Shown here: piece after piece, positions 30,120 to 40,408 of the stretch
Layout: each line of letters begins with the position of its first letter
Position numbering within the stretch: the first letter of the stretch is position 1
Source: Lachnospiraceae bacterium
GTDB taxonomy: Bacteria > Bacillota > Clostridia > Lachnospirales > Lachnospiraceae
Length of the DNA: 64,000 nt
Reading direction: 5' to 3'
Assembly (NCBI GenBank): GCA_017424235.1
Contig: JAFPAQ010000143.1
Coordinates: 14,412 to 78,411, forward strand
Made by a program: the position numbers and the translations under genes
Notes under the pieces: generated by a model
What the model saw: only the letters and a program-made list of their open reading frames with translations
Told to the model about the DNA's origin: nothing
Databases searched by the model: none

Positions 30120-30933
30120 TAATATGTTGATCATGAAAAATTTGAGTAAAACCTTCAATCCGGATACTGTCAATGAGAAGTGTGCATTAAATTCAGTTGA
30201 ACTTGAATTGAAAAAAGGTGATTTTGCTACTATTGTGGGAAGTAATGGCGCAGGAAAGTCTACTTTGTTTAATGCTATTACCGGTGCTTTTTTTCCGGAT
30301 AAAGGATTGATTTTACTTGATGGGCAGGATATTACTTACCAAAAGGAGCACTTGAGAAGTAAGGTGATAGGACATTTGTTTCAGGACCCATTAAAGGGAA
30401 CTGCTCCACATATGACAATTGAAGAGAATATGGCATTGGCATACCTGCGTGCTTCGACTTCAAAAAATGCATATTTCAGCAGGATAAAACAAGCTGATAA
30501 AAAGAAATTTCAGGAGCAGCTTTCTTTGCTCGAAATGGGACTTGAAGACAGAATGAAACAGCCGGTAGGTTTATTGTCAGGAGGACAAAGACAGGCATTA
30601 ACATTGCTTATGGCTACAATGGTTACGCCAAAGATTCTTCTTCTGGATGAACACACTGCAGCACTTGACCCGGCAACGGCTGATAAAGTGTTAAAGCTTA
30701 CAAAGAAAATTGTAGCAGAACAGAATATAACCTGTCTGATGGTTACTCATAATATGCACCAGGCTCTGGAGCTGGGTAACCGTACACTTATGATGGATAG
30801 TGGGAGAATTGTGCTTGATGTTTCAGGTGAGGAACGAAGCTGTATGACAGTTGATGATCTGCTTCATCAATTTGCATTGCGTGCAGGTAAGGAATTGGAT
30901 AATGATCGTATCCTGATTTCTAAAATGAAATAG
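30112..30933 (+). CDS. ABC transporter ATP-binding protein
   Basis: Walker A GSNGAGKS, LSGGQRQ, LLLDEHTAALDP. Confidence 0.95.
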   Translation: MINNMLIMKNLSKTFNPDTVNEKCALNSVELELKKGDFATIVGSNGAGKSTLFNAITGAFFPDKGLILLDGQDITYQKEHLRSKVIGHLFQDPLKGTAPHMTIEENMALAYLRASTSKNAYFSRIKQADKKKFQEQLSLLEMGLEDRMKQPVGLLSGGQRQALTLLMATMVTPKILLLDEHTAALDPATADKVLKLTKKIVAEQNITCLMVTHNMHQALELGNRTLMMDSGRIVLDVSGEERSCMTVDDLLHQFALRAGKELDNDRILISKMK

Positions 30934-30944
30934 AGGGAGAAAAG

Positions 30945-31622
30945 ATGGGAAAAATTATAATACAAAATGAAACTACAAAAGACCCAATTAGCCTTATAGG
31001 AAGAGAAGCGGGAGTCTGCTGGGGTGCAGATATTAGTAATGCAGAAAAAAATTATAAGCGTGGAATGGACTGTCTTGTATCAGGACATGGACGGACATGG
31101 GAATATCCACAGGTTTATGTTGTTATGGACGGTTATTCTGCAAGGGTGTTTAGAGAATTATATACACATATTGGTGGCGGTCCGACAAGACTTCAGGCAT
31201 CAACAAGGTATATCAATTATGAAAAAGGATTTGATTATGTTATTCCTCCAACCATTGATGAGTCAGAAGAAACCCGAAATATCTATACTGGGGCAATGGA
31301 TGATATTTTAAGTGCCATGAAGAAACTGGAAGCTTTAGGCATGCCTAGAGAGGATATTGGTATGCTTTTGCCACTGGGAATGTGCAGTAAAGTGGTTTTA
31401 AGAACTAACTTAAGAAATCTTATTGATATGTCACATCAGAGACTTTGCACCAGGGCATATTGGGAATATAGAAATCTTATGAAAGACCTTATGAATGCTT
31501 TAAGCGAATATTCAGAAGAATGGAAATATTTAGTTGATAACTATTTTGTTGCAAAATGTGATGTTGCAGGATTTTGTACAGAAAAAAACAGTTGTGGTCG
31601 ACGTGTTAAGTATGAAAACTAA
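30945..31622 (+). CDS. thyX: FAD-dependent thymidylate synthase
   Basis: GHGRTWE, RELYTH...QASTRY (RHRx7S-like), PREDI..LLP, NLRNL, RLCTRAYWE. Confidence 0.88.
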   Translation: MGKIIIQNETTKDPISLIGREAGVCWGADISNAEKNYKRGMDCLVSGHGRTWEYPQVYVVMDGYSARVFRELYTHIGGGPTRLQASTRYINYEKGFDYVIPPTIDESEETRNIYTGAMDDILSAMKKLEALGMPREDIGMLLPLGMCSKVVLRTNLRNLIDMSHQRLCTRAYWEYRNLMKDLMNALSEYSEEWKYLVDNYFVAKCDVAGFCTEKNSCGRRVKYEN

Positions 31623-31636
31623 ATATTATAAAAAAA

Positions 31637-31665
31637 TTGATTTATGTATATTATTTGTGTATAAT
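31637..31665 (+). promoter_or_regulatory. sigma-A promoter of alaS
   Basis: TTGATT-17 nt-TATAAT. Confidence 0.6.
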
Positions 31666-31723
31666 GCATTTGTATGTGTGAATTATAATTAAAAAATTAA
31701 AATAGAAAACGGAGGATATAGTT

Positions 31724-34381
31724 GTGGAGAACTATGGAGTAAATGACCTTCGAAGAATGTTTCTTGAATTCTTCGAGAGCAAAGAACACTTAAAAATGAA
31801 GAGCTTTTCGCTTGTACCTCATAATGATAACAGTTTACTTATTATCAATTCAGGTATGGCACCATTAAAACCATACTTTACAGGTCAGGAGATACCACCC
31901 AGACGTCGTGTTACAACATGTCAGAAATGTGTTAGAACTGGTGATATTGAAAATGTAGGTAAGACAGCAAGACATCTTACTTTTTTTGAAATGCTTGGAA
32001 ATTTCTCTTTTGGAGATTATTTTAAGAAAGAGGCTCTTAGCTGGAGCTGGGAATTCCTTACAGAAGTAGTAGGTCTTGATCCGGAGAGACTTTATCCATC
32101 AATATATTGCGAAGATGAAGAAGCATTCAAAATCTGGACAGAACAGATAGGTGTTCCGGCAGAAAAGATTACACGTTTTTACAGAGACCCTGAAACAGGA
32201 GAATGTGATAATTTCTGGGAGCATGGTGCAGGTCCTTGTGGTCCATGTTCTGAAATTTATTATGACAGAGGTGTTAAGTACGGATGTGGCAAGCCGGATT
32301 GTAAGGTAGGCTGTGAATGTGACCGTTTTATGGAAGTGTGGAATAATGTATTTACACAGTTTGACGGTGATGGACATGGTAATTATGAAGAGCTTGCCCA
32401 AAAGAACATAGATACAGGTATGGGTCTTGAAAGACTTGCAGTTGTTGTTCAGGACGTTGATACTGTATTTGATATTAATACAATGAAAGCTATTAGAGAT
32501 AAGATTTGTCAGGTAGCTGGTGTTGAATATCAAAAAGACGAAAAAGCTGACGTTTCTATCAGACTTATTACAGATCATATCCGCTCAGCAACATTTATGA
32601 TATCAGATGGTATCATGCCTACAAATGAAGGAAGAGGATATGTTCTTAGACGTATTATTCGTCGTGCAGCAAGACATGGAAGAATGCTTGGAATTTCAGG
32701 AACTTTCATGGCTGATTTTGCTGCAACAGTAATTGCAGAATGCAAAGATGGATATCCTGAGCTTGATGAGAAAAAGGATTTTATATTCAAAGTTCTTACA
32801 CAGGAAGAAGAGAAATTCAATAAGACTATTGACCAGGGACTTGCTATCCTTTCAGAAATGGAAGAGGATATGCAGAAGAATAATGAGAAAGTACTTGCAG
32901 GTGCAAAGGTATTCAAGCTTTATGATACATATGGATTCCCTGTAGATCTTACTCAGGAAATTCTTGAAGAAAAAGGATTTTCGATTGATGAAGCAGGATT
33001 TAAGGAAGCTATGAATGAACAGCGTACAAAAGCAAGAAACGCTCGTCAGGAAACAAACTACATGGGAGCTGATGTAACAGTCTATGAGTCTATAGATCCT
33101 TCTATAACATCTGTATTTGTAGGATATGATAAATTAGAGATGAATTCAAAGGTTTCAGTACTTACTACAGAATCTGAACTTGTTGAGGCTCTTTCAGATG
33201 GTGAGATAGGAACAATTATTGTTGATGAGACACCATTCTATGCAACAATGGGTGGTCAGCAGGGTGATAAGGGTATCATTTCTACTGAATCAGGAGAATT
33301 TGAAGTACTTGATACAATCAAATTGCTTGGTGGTAAAGTAGGCCATGTAGGTAAGATGACAAGAGGCATGATTAAAGTTGGTGATAATGTAACTCTTAGT
33401 GTTGATAAGAGCCTTCGTGCCAAAACCTGTAAGAACCATTCAGCTACCCACCTTCTTCAAAAAGCATTACGTGAGGTTCTTGGCTCACATGTACAGCAGA
33501 AGGGTTCATATCAGGATGGAGAACGTACACGTTTTGACTTTAGCCATTTTGAAGCAATGACAAGTGAAGAACTTGATAATGTTGAGAAGATGGTAAATGA
33601 GAAGATTGCAGAAAATATTGCAGTTGATACTCAGGTCATGACTATGGACGAAGCAAAGAAAACAGGAGCAATGGCTCTCTTTGATGAGAAGTACGGTGAG
33701 ACTGTACGAGTAGTATCAATGGGAGATTTCTCAAAAGAGTTTTGTGGTGGTACACATGTAAAGAATACTGGAGATATTGTTTCTTTCAAAATTGTATCTG
33801 AAAGTGGTGTGGCAGCTGGCGTTCGTCGTATTGAAGCACTTACAGGTGATAATGTATTTGAATATTACAAGAATATTGAGAATGAATACATTTCAGCAGC
33901 AAAAGCAGCAAAAACTACACCATCAGCATTAATTGAAAAGATTGAACATATGATGGCTGAAATAAAAGCATTACAGAGTGAGAATGAATCATTGAAGAGT
34001 AAGGCAGCAAAGGATGCGCTTGGCGATGTAATGGATCAGGTAGTAGACATTAAAGGTACGAAGCTTTTGGCAGCCAGAGTAGATGGCGTTGATATGAATG
34101 GATTAAGAGATTTAGGTGACCAGTTAAAAGAAAAATTAGGAGAAGGTGTTGTAGTACTTGCTTCTAATACTGATGGAAAAGTAAATCTCATTGCTATGGC
34201 TACAGATGGAGCTATGAAGAATGGAGCTCATGCAGGAAATCTTATTAAAGGAATAGCTGCTCTTGTAGGTGGCGGCGGCGGCGGACGTCCAAACATGGCT
34301 CAGGCAGGTGGAAAGAATCCTGAAGGAATTGATAAAGCGATTGAAGAAGCTAAAACAGTGCTTGAAGGTCAGATTAAATAG
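31724..34381 (+). CDS. alaS: Alanine--tRNA ligase
   Basis: RHLTFFEMLGNFSFGDYFK, IDTGMGLER, editing HSATH and EFCGGTH, GGGGGRP. Confidence 0.98.
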   Translation: MENYGVNDLRRMFLEFFESKEHLKMKSFSLVPHNDNSLLIINSGMAPLKPYFTGQEIPPRRRVTTCQKCVRTGDIENVGKTARHLTFFEMLGNFSFGDYFKKEALSWSWEFLTEVVGLDPERLYPSIYCEDEEAFKIWTEQIGVPAEKITRFYRDPETGECDNFWEHGAGPCGPCSEIYYDRGVKYGCGKPDCKVGCECDRFMEVWNNVFTQFDGDGHGNYEELAQKNIDTGMGLERLAVVVQDVDTVFDINTMKAIRDKICQVAGVEYQKDEKADVSIRLITDHIRSATFMISDGIMPTNEGRGYVLRRIIRRAARHGRMLGISGTFMADFAATVIAECKDGYPELDEKKDFIFKVLTQEEEKFNKTIDQGLAILSEMEEDMQKNNEKVLAGAKVFKLYDTYGFPVDLTQEILEEKGFSIDEAGFKEAMNEQRTKARNARQETNYMGADVTVYESIDPSITSVFVGYDKLEMNSKVSVLTTESELVEALSDGEIGTIIVDETPFYATMGGQQGDKGIISTESGEFEVLDTIKLLGGKVGHVGKMTRGMIKVGDNVTLSVDKSLRAKTCKNHSATHLLQKALREVLGSHVQQKGSYQDGERTRFDFSHFEAMTSEELDNVEKMVNEKIAENIAVDTQVMTMDEAKKTGAMALFDEKYGETVRVVSMGDFSKEFCGGTHVKNTGDIVSFKIVSESGVAAGVRRIEALTGDNVFEYYKNIENEYISAAKAAKTTPSALIEKIEHMMAEIKALQSENESLKSKAAKDALGDVMDQVVDIKGTKLLAARVDGVDMNGLRDLGDQLKEKLGEGVVVLASNTDGKVNLIAMATDGAMKNGAHAGNLIKGIAALVGGGGGGRPNMAQAGGKNPEGIDKAIEEAKTVLEGQIK

Positions 34382-34438
34382 ATAAATATTTTCTATTAAC
34401 AACGGTTTTAAAAAAATGAAAAAAATTGCAAAAAAGTG

Positions 34439-34466
34439 TTGACGTAAGGAAATATTATGCTATAAT
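34439..34466 (+). promoter_or_regulatory. Strong sigma-A promoter of rpsU
   Basis: A-tract UP element, TTGACG-16 nt-TATAAT with extended -10 TG. Confidence 0.75.
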
Positions 34467-34546
34467 CTTAATTGTGCAATTGAAGAAATAAACCCGAACA
34501 GTCTAGCACACGATAATAGGACTGGAGGGAGGTTAGGTGTGATAGC

Positions 34547-34723
34547 ATGTCAAATGTAATCGTTAAAGAAAACGAGACTTTGGATAGCGCTTTACGCAGA
34601 TTCAAGAGAAGCTGTGCTAAGGCAGGAATTCAGCAGGAAATCCGTAAAAGAGAGCATTATGAGAAGCCAAGCGTAAAACGTAAGAAAAAGTCTGAAGCAG
34701 CAAGAAAACGTAAATATAATTAA
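34547..34723 (+). CDS. rpsU: 30S ribosomal protein S21 (not in the ORF track)
   Basis: Own translation: [58 protein letters not shown] (58 aa). Confidence 0.97.
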   Translation: MSNVIVKENETLDSALRRFKRSCAKAGIQQEIRKREHYEKPSVKRKKKSEAARKRKYN

Positions 34724-34733
34724 TTTGAATGGA

Positions 34734-34770
34734 AATCCTTGGCAGTATGCCAAGGATTCTTTCATGTTTT
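34734..34770 (+). terminator. Intrinsic terminator after rpsU
   Basis: AATCCTTGGCA-gta-TGCCAAGGATT followed by a T-rich tail. Confidence 0.8.
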
Positions 34771-34867
34771 CTGATTAATAGGCTATTGAATAATATGGGA
34801 TTATTATGTAATATGTAAGATATAATAATATTAGGAGTATATTATTGTATTGATTAGTGTTTAAGAG

Positions 34868-35449
34868 GTGAGTATTATGCCAATTTTTAATATGGAGTTT
34901 GCAGGATACGATTTATATCATTTTATTTCGTGCTTTTTCCTGTTTAGTATTATTGGATGGATGGTTGAGTCAACATATATGTCTATTTGTAATAAAAAAA
35001 TAACTAACAGGGGTTTTATGACAGGACCATTTTGTCCGATATATGGTATAGGTGCAACTGTAGGATATATAATTTTACATCCATTTGCAGGAAATCTGGT
35101 TGTGCTTTATCTTGCTGGTGCTTTTACAGCAACAGTATTTGAATTTTTAGTAGCAAAACTTATGCTTAGACTTTTTGGTGAGGTATGGTGGGACTACAAT
35201 AATAAGTTCTGCAATTATAAAGGCTTGATATGCCTTGAAAGTACTCTTGCATGGGGAGTATATGCAGTTGTTATTATTACATTTTTATTTGACAAGGTAA
35301 TGAGTTTTATTGATAAATATCCATATGCATGGGGAATAAAAATCATTGCTTTTATAGTTGTAATGGGTATGATTGATTTTGGTTATCATTTTGTTATGGC
35401 AATAAGAATGACAGATGAAACACGTGAAAATATTAAATCAAAAAATTAA
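34868..35449 (+). CDS. Putative ABC-transporter-type membrane protein (CmpB/TMEM229-like)
   Basis: GWMVE, NRGFMTGPFCPIYGIG, WWDY, GLICL. Confidence 0.85.
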   Translation: MSIMPIFNMEFAGYDLYHFISCFFLFSIIGWMVESTYMSICNKKITNRGFMTGPFCPIYGIGATVGYIILHPFAGNLVVLYLAGAFTATVFEFLVAKLMLRLFGEVWWDYNNKFCNYKGLICLESTLAWGVYAVVIITFLFDKVMSFIDKYPYAWGIKIIAFIVVMGMIDFGYHFVMAIRMTDETRENIKSKN

Positions 35450-35478
35450 AATATTATTTATTCGTAAATTCTGAATTA

Positions 35479-35515
35479 GGAAGCTACATTTGGTCTATTC
35501 TAAATGTAGCTTTTT
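35479..35515 (+). terminator. Intrinsic terminator
   Basis: AAGCTACATTTG...TAAATGTAGCTT followed by TTT. Confidence 0.75.
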
Positions 35516-35599
35516 GAATGTGAGAATGTAAATGGTTAAAATTATGAATGTTTGCTTTGTATAAATTCACAAATTTTAAGAAAGCAGGGTGTTTTTTTT

Positions 35600-36550
35600 A
35601 TGATAAAGATTGACTTGATTACCGGATTTCTTGGTTCTGGAAAAACTACATTTTTGAAGAATTATGTTTCATATCTTGTAGCAAATGGAAATAAGGTTGG
35701 TGTCATTGAAAATGATTTTGGCGCTATTAATATAGATATGCTTATATTGCAGGATATTGTAAGTGAAAACTGTGATATTGAGCAGATTGTTGGTGGAAGT
35801 GTTGTCAGTGATTGGAAAAGACGTTTTAAAGCGAAATTGATATCTATGGCAATGTGCGGATACAATAGAATACTTGTTGAACCTTCAGGTATTTTTGATG
35901 TAGATGCTTTTTTTGATATGTTGTATGATGAACCTTTGGATAGATGGTACCAAGTGGGAAATGTATTTGCTATTGTTGATGCACAGATTTTAAAAGATTT
36001 ATCAGAGCAGTCAAAATATCTTTTAGTTTCTCAGATTGCAAATGCAGGAAGCATTATTTTAAGTAAGGCACAATATATTGATCAAGAACAGATTGAAGAA
36101 ACAAAGGATATATTACAGAATTTGTTAGAAGATTTTAAATGTGACCGTCAGATTAAAGATGATGTTTATGCAAAAGTATGGAAAGAGATGACAGATGATG
36201 ACTGGGAAAAGCTGGCACATTGTGGTTGGAAAAAGGCAGACCATAAAAAGATATGGTTTGACCACAAAGAAGAATTTCAGTCAGTGTTTATTATGGATGT
36301 TCAGATGTCTGAAGGTAAATTGGCACATATAATACATGATGTAATACATAACGATATGTGTGGAAAAGTATTCAGGATAAAGGGTTTTGTTGATATAGGA
36401 AAAAAAGAAGAGCCGGAATGGATAGAGATAAATGCGACAAAAGAAGAATTTACAATTAAAAAAAGGCAGAAGGGACAGAATGTGATTATTATTATAGGTG
36501 AAAATCTTGATAATGATACTATTCAGAAAAAATTTGAAGTAAAAGAATGA
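35600..36550 (+). CDS. CobW/COG0523-family (G3E) P-loop GTPase
   Basis: LITGFLGSGKTT, IENDFG, VEPSG, SKAQ, C-terminal FRIKG..IIIGENL. Confidence 0.9.
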   Translation: MIKIDLITGFLGSGKTTFLKNYVSYLVANGNKVGVIENDFGAINIDMLILQDIVSENCDIEQIVGGSVVSDWKRRFKAKLISMAMCGYNRILVEPSGIFDVDAFFDMLYDEPLDRWYQVGNVFAIVDAQILKDLSEQSKYLLVSQIANAGSIILSKAQYIDQEQIEETKDILQNLLEDFKCDRQIKDDVYAKVWKEMTDDDWEKLAHCGWKKADHKKIWFDHKEEFQSVFIMDVQMSEGKLAHIIHDVIHNDMCGKVFRIKGFVDIGKKEEPEWIEINATKEEFTIKKRQKGQNVIIIIGENLDNDTIQKKFEVKE

Positions 36551-36605
36551 GGCTGTTAGTGGAATAATAACAAGAAAAATCACATAAATTTTATCAAAAA
36601 TCTGT

Positions 36606-37856
36606 GTGAGAAAAAGTATGATTTCGAAGTTACAAAATAGAAGTATAATAAATTATTTTGATAGGAATAAATTCCTGATAAAGATAGTACAACTGATTAT
36701 GACTACAATCATAAGTGTCAACTGTATCTGTATTAATGCTTATGCCGTCCAGAATGTCAATACTAATGAAAAAATTGATATTACATCACCGTCTGCAATT
36801 TTGGTTGAAGCCTCAACAGGAACTGTTATATATGAAAAAAATTCTGATGAAGTAAGAAGTCCTGCAAGTATAACCAAAATTATGACTCTTCTTTTGATTT
36901 TTGATGCGATTGAGAGAGGAAAGATAGGGGTTAATGATGAAGTTTGCACAAGTGCTTATGCTAAATCGATGGGGGGATCGCAGGTATTTCTTGAAGAAGG
37001 AGAAATACAGACAGTAGACACACTGATAAAGTGTATAGTGGTAGCAAGTGGAAATGATGCTTCAGTTGCAATGGCAGAATATGTGGCAGGAAGTGAAGCA
37101 GAATTTGTAAATATGATGAATGAAAAAGCAAAAGCTATTGGTATGACCAATACACATTTTATTGACTGTTGTGGTCTTACTTCAGATAACCAGCATTTTA
37201 CAACCGCCCGAGATGTATCAATAATGTCAAGGGAATTGATTACTAAGTATCCTAAAATATTTGACTATACTAAAATATGGATGGAGGATATAACACATAC
37301 TACAAAGCAGGGAACAAAGAAATTTACATTATCAAGTACAAATAAACTGTTAAAACAGTATCAATGGACTACTGGATTAAAAACCGGTTCAACCAGCGTT
37401 GCAAAATATTGCTTAAGTGCTACTGCAAAAAAAGATAATATCGAGCTTATCGCTGTTATAATGGGAGCTCCTGAACCCAAAATCAGATTTTTGGAAGCCA
37501 GAAAGATGCTGGATTATGGATTTGCCACAGCAAAGATATATGAAGATACAGATACAAACAGTTTTAAGCCAATTAAGGTTGCCAAAGGAAAAAAGGATTA
37601 TGTTGATGTTTTTGTAAAAGACAATTACAAATATCTTGATGTAAGTGGAATGGATTTTTCAAAAATTGAAAAAAAAGTGTCTTTTTCGGAGAATATTCAG
37701 GCTCCTATTGAGATAGAGGCAAAAGTCGGAAAAATCACTTATTTATATGAAGGAAAAGAAATCGGATATGTAGATATACTGGCAAAGGATATGGTAGAGA
37801 AAGCCAATTTTGTTGATTATATTAAGAAAATCGGAGTACAATTTTTGATTATATAA
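36606..37856 (+). CDS. Serine D-Ala-D-Ala carboxypeptidase (S11, DacF-like); start uncertain
   Basis: PASITK (SxxK), SGND (SxN), LKTG, MGGSQVFLE. Confidence 0.92.
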   Translation: MRKSMISKLQNRSIINYFDRNKFLIKIVQLIMTTIISVNCICINAYAVQNVNTNEKIDITSPSAILVEASTGTVIYEKNSDEVRSPASITKIMTLLLIFDAIERGKIGVNDEVCTSAYAKSMGGSQVFLEEGEIQTVDTLIKCIVVASGNDASVAMAEYVAGSEAEFVNMMNEKAKAIGMTNTHFIDCCGLTSDNQHFTTARDVSIMSRELITKYPKIFDYTKIWMEDITHTTKQGTKKFTLSSTNKLLKQYQWTTGLKTGSTSVAKYCLSATAKKDNIELIAVIMGAPEPKIRFLEARKMLDYGFATAKIYEDTDTNSFKPIKVAKGKKDYVDVFVKDNYKYLDVSGMDFSKIEKKVSFSENIQAPIEIEAKVGKITYLYEGKEIGYVDILAKDMVEKANFVDYIKKIGVQFLII

Positions 37857-38041
37857 TTTGATGTTGATAGATAAGCCAATAACTTTTATCTTTTACATAT
37901 CAATTCTATATGTTATAATATTCTGTAGGATTGTAGCTGTTCAAAATACTATTTTTGGAATAGTTACAAATGTGTGATAGTTAATGGTATGGATTGCGAC
38001 TGTTAAATATAAATATAATATAAGAATGTGAGGAATTTGTT

Positions 38042-38902
38042 CTGGACAATTTATTTTTTATACTGATAAGCATTTTTGTACTGATATGTATTTTTATGTT
38101 AGTGGTTGGAATGATTGATGGAAATCGTTTTAGAGTGGTCAGACAGGAGTTTGTGGTTCCAAATCTTAAACAGGATTGTAAGTTTGTGTTGATATCAGAC
38201 TTGCATAATAAAGTATATGGAAATAATAATGAATCTGTCATTGCAGCGGTAAAAAGTATTAATCCGGATTTTATTGTTATTGCAGGCGACCTTGTTACCT
38301 CAAAATTAAAAGAGCCTATGGATGCAGGGATTAATCTGGTTAATGCACTTTCTAAGGATTTTCCAATATATTATGGATTAGGAAATCATGAAAATAAAAT
38401 TAAAACAAGAGATTATTTTGGTGATAAATACGAACAGCTTATAAAAGCATTAAGTAATCAGAATGTTTATGTATTGGAAAATCAAAATAGCATTATTCCA
38501 AAATATAATATTTGTATAACAGGATTAAATCTGGATTTGAATTACTTTGCTCATTTTAGGCTAAGAAAAATGCATAAGGATTATCTGACTTCAGTAGTAG
38601 GAAAAAGTGATGATAAATACTGTAATATTCTTATTGCACATAATCCGGATTATTTTCCGGAATATGCTATGTGGGGAGCTGATCTGGTTTTATCGGGTCA
38701 TGTACATGGTGGAATAATGAGATTGCCTTTTATTGGTGGTGTTATAGCACCTTCATATGAAATATTTCCAAAATATGATGGAGGAGTATTTACAGAAGGT
38801 AAGTCTACTATGCTTTTAGGAAGAGGCATGGGTTCGCATACTATTCCATTTCGATTTTTTAATCCGGCAGAATTATACGAGGTAATTTTGAAGAGTGAAT
38901 AG
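38042..38902 (+). CDS. Metallophosphoesterase (YkuE-like) with N-terminal TM anchor
   Basis: SDLH, AGD, GNHE, AHNP, GHVHGG; in-frame CTG at 38042 follows GAGGA (ORF track starts at ATG 38096). Confidence 0.88.
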   Translation: MDNLFFILISIFVLICIFMLVVGMIDGNRFRVVRQEFVVPNLKQDCKFVLISDLHNKVYGNNNESVIAAVKSINPDFIVIAGDLVTSKLKEPMDAGINLVNALSKDFPIYYGLGNHENKIKTRDYFGDKYEQLIKALSNQNVYVLENQNSIIPKYNICITGLNLDLNYFAHFRLRKMHKDYLTSVVGKSDDKYCNILIAHNPDYFPEYAMWGADLVLSGHVHGGIMRLPFIGGVIAPSYEIFPKYDGGVFTEGKSTMLLGRGMGSHTIPFRFFNPAELYEVILKSE

Positions 38903-39028
38903 ATGAAATAATATTTACTTATTCTTGCACTTTGCACCAAATTTATGTAGAATAAATTTTGGTGCATTATTTTTGTATTTGCCAATGTTTATTGGATTAT
39001 TTGCTTATCTTGGAGGGTATTGATATTA

Positions 39029-39778
39029 ATGGCACTTTCTGTAAAATTAAAGGTTTTTGAAGGACCTCTTGATTTATTATTATATCTGATTGAAAAAAAT
39101 AAGATTGACATATATGATATTCCAATTGTACTGGTTACTGAGCAATATCTTGACTATATCAAACAGATGGAGACTGAAGATATGAATATAATGAGTGAGT
39201 TTTTAGTTATGGCCGCTACATTGTTGGATATAAAGTGCAAGATGCTTTTGCCTAAGGAAGTAAATGAAGAGGGTGAAGAAGAAGACCCAAGAGCAGAGCT
39301 GGTTCAAAAGCTGTTAGAATATAAGATGTATAAGTATATGGCATACGAATTAAGAGACAGACAGGTGGACGCCGGAAAAAGCTGGTATAAAAAACCAATG
39401 CTTCCCAAAGAAGTGGCAGAATACAAATTCCCTATTGATTATAATGAACTTATTGGTGATGTCAGTCTTGCAAGGCTGCATGAGATATTTAAGTCAGTTA
39501 TGAAACGTCAGGAAGATAAGATAGATCCTATACGAAGTCAGTTTGGAAAGATAGAAAAAGATGAGATAAATATAGAAGACAAACAGAATTATATTGAAGA
39601 ATATATGAAGAATAACAAATATTTTAGTTTTCGTGAGTTGCTGGAAAAACAGGGAAATAAGCTTGAAATGATAGTTACATTCCTTACAATTCTGGAAATG
39701 ATGAAGCAGGGTGTGATTACTATTGAACAGGAAGATATATTTGGAGATATAATGATAACATCTAGTCTTGCTGCATAG
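39029..39778 (+). CDS. scpA: Segregation and condensation protein A
   Basis: FEGPLDLLLYLI, EFLVMAATLL, IVTFLTILEM. Confidence 0.96.
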   Translation: MALSVKLKVFEGPLDLLLYLIEKNKIDIYDIPIVLVTEQYLDYIKQMETEDMNIMSEFLVMAATLLDIKCKMLLPKEVNEEGEEEDPRAELVQKLLEYKMYKYMAYELRDRQVDAGKSWYKKPMLPKEVAEYKFPIDYNELIGDVSLARLHEIFKSVMKRQEDKIDPIRSQFGKIEKDEINIEDKQNYIEEYMKNNKYFSFRELLEKQGNKLEMIVTFLTILEMMKQGVITIEQEDIFGDIMITSSLAA

Positions 39779-39811
39779 AAAAAATTTTTTTAAATATAAT
39801 AAGTTAAGGTA

Positions 39812-40390
39812 GTGGATATTTTGGATAAAAAGAAGGCAATGTCGATTATTGAGGCAGTACTTTTTGCGATGGGCGATTCTGTTGAAGCATCAAAATTGGT
39901 ACATGTACTTGAAATTTCTGAAAAAGAAATACGTGAGATAATAAAAGAAATGAACTCTAAGTATAAAAAAGCGGAGAGAGGTATATATATTCTTGAGTTG
40001 GGAGATTCATTCCAACTATGTACAAAACCTGATCTTTATGAATATCTGATAAAGGTTGCCAAGGCACCAAGAAAATATGTAATGTCAGATACTTTGTTAG
40101 AAACTTTGTCAATAATAGCCTATAAACAACCGGTTACTAAGCTGGAAGTGGAAAAAATCAGAGGTGTAAGCAGTGACCATGCTGTTAACAGATTATTGGA
40201 ATTTAATCTGATTCAGGAGTTAGGAAGGCTTGATGCGCCGGGACGACCGCTTCTGTTTGGCACTACAGAAGAGTTTTTAAGAACATTTGGAGTAAAAACA
40301 TTGGGAGACTTGCCTAGAATCAATCCTGAACAAATGGAAGATTTTAAGAAACAGGCAGAAGAAGAAGCGGATATTAAAGTAGAAATTTAA
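39812..40390 (+). CDS. scpB: Segregation and condensation protein B
   Basis: IEAVLFA, ETLSIIAYKQPVT, IRGV, PGRPLLFGTTEEFL. Confidence 0.96.
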   Translation: MDILDKKKAMSIIEAVLFAMGDSVEASKLVHVLEISEKEIREIIKEMNSKYKKAERGIYILELGDSFQLCTKPDLYEYLIKVAKAPRKYVMSDTLLETLSIIAYKQPVTKLEVEKIRGVSSDHAVNRLLEFNLIQELGRLDAPGRPLLFGTTEEFLRTFGVKTLGDLPRINPEQMEDFKKQAEEEADIKVEI

Positions 40391-40408
40391 TAATATTTTG
40401 TTAATTGA

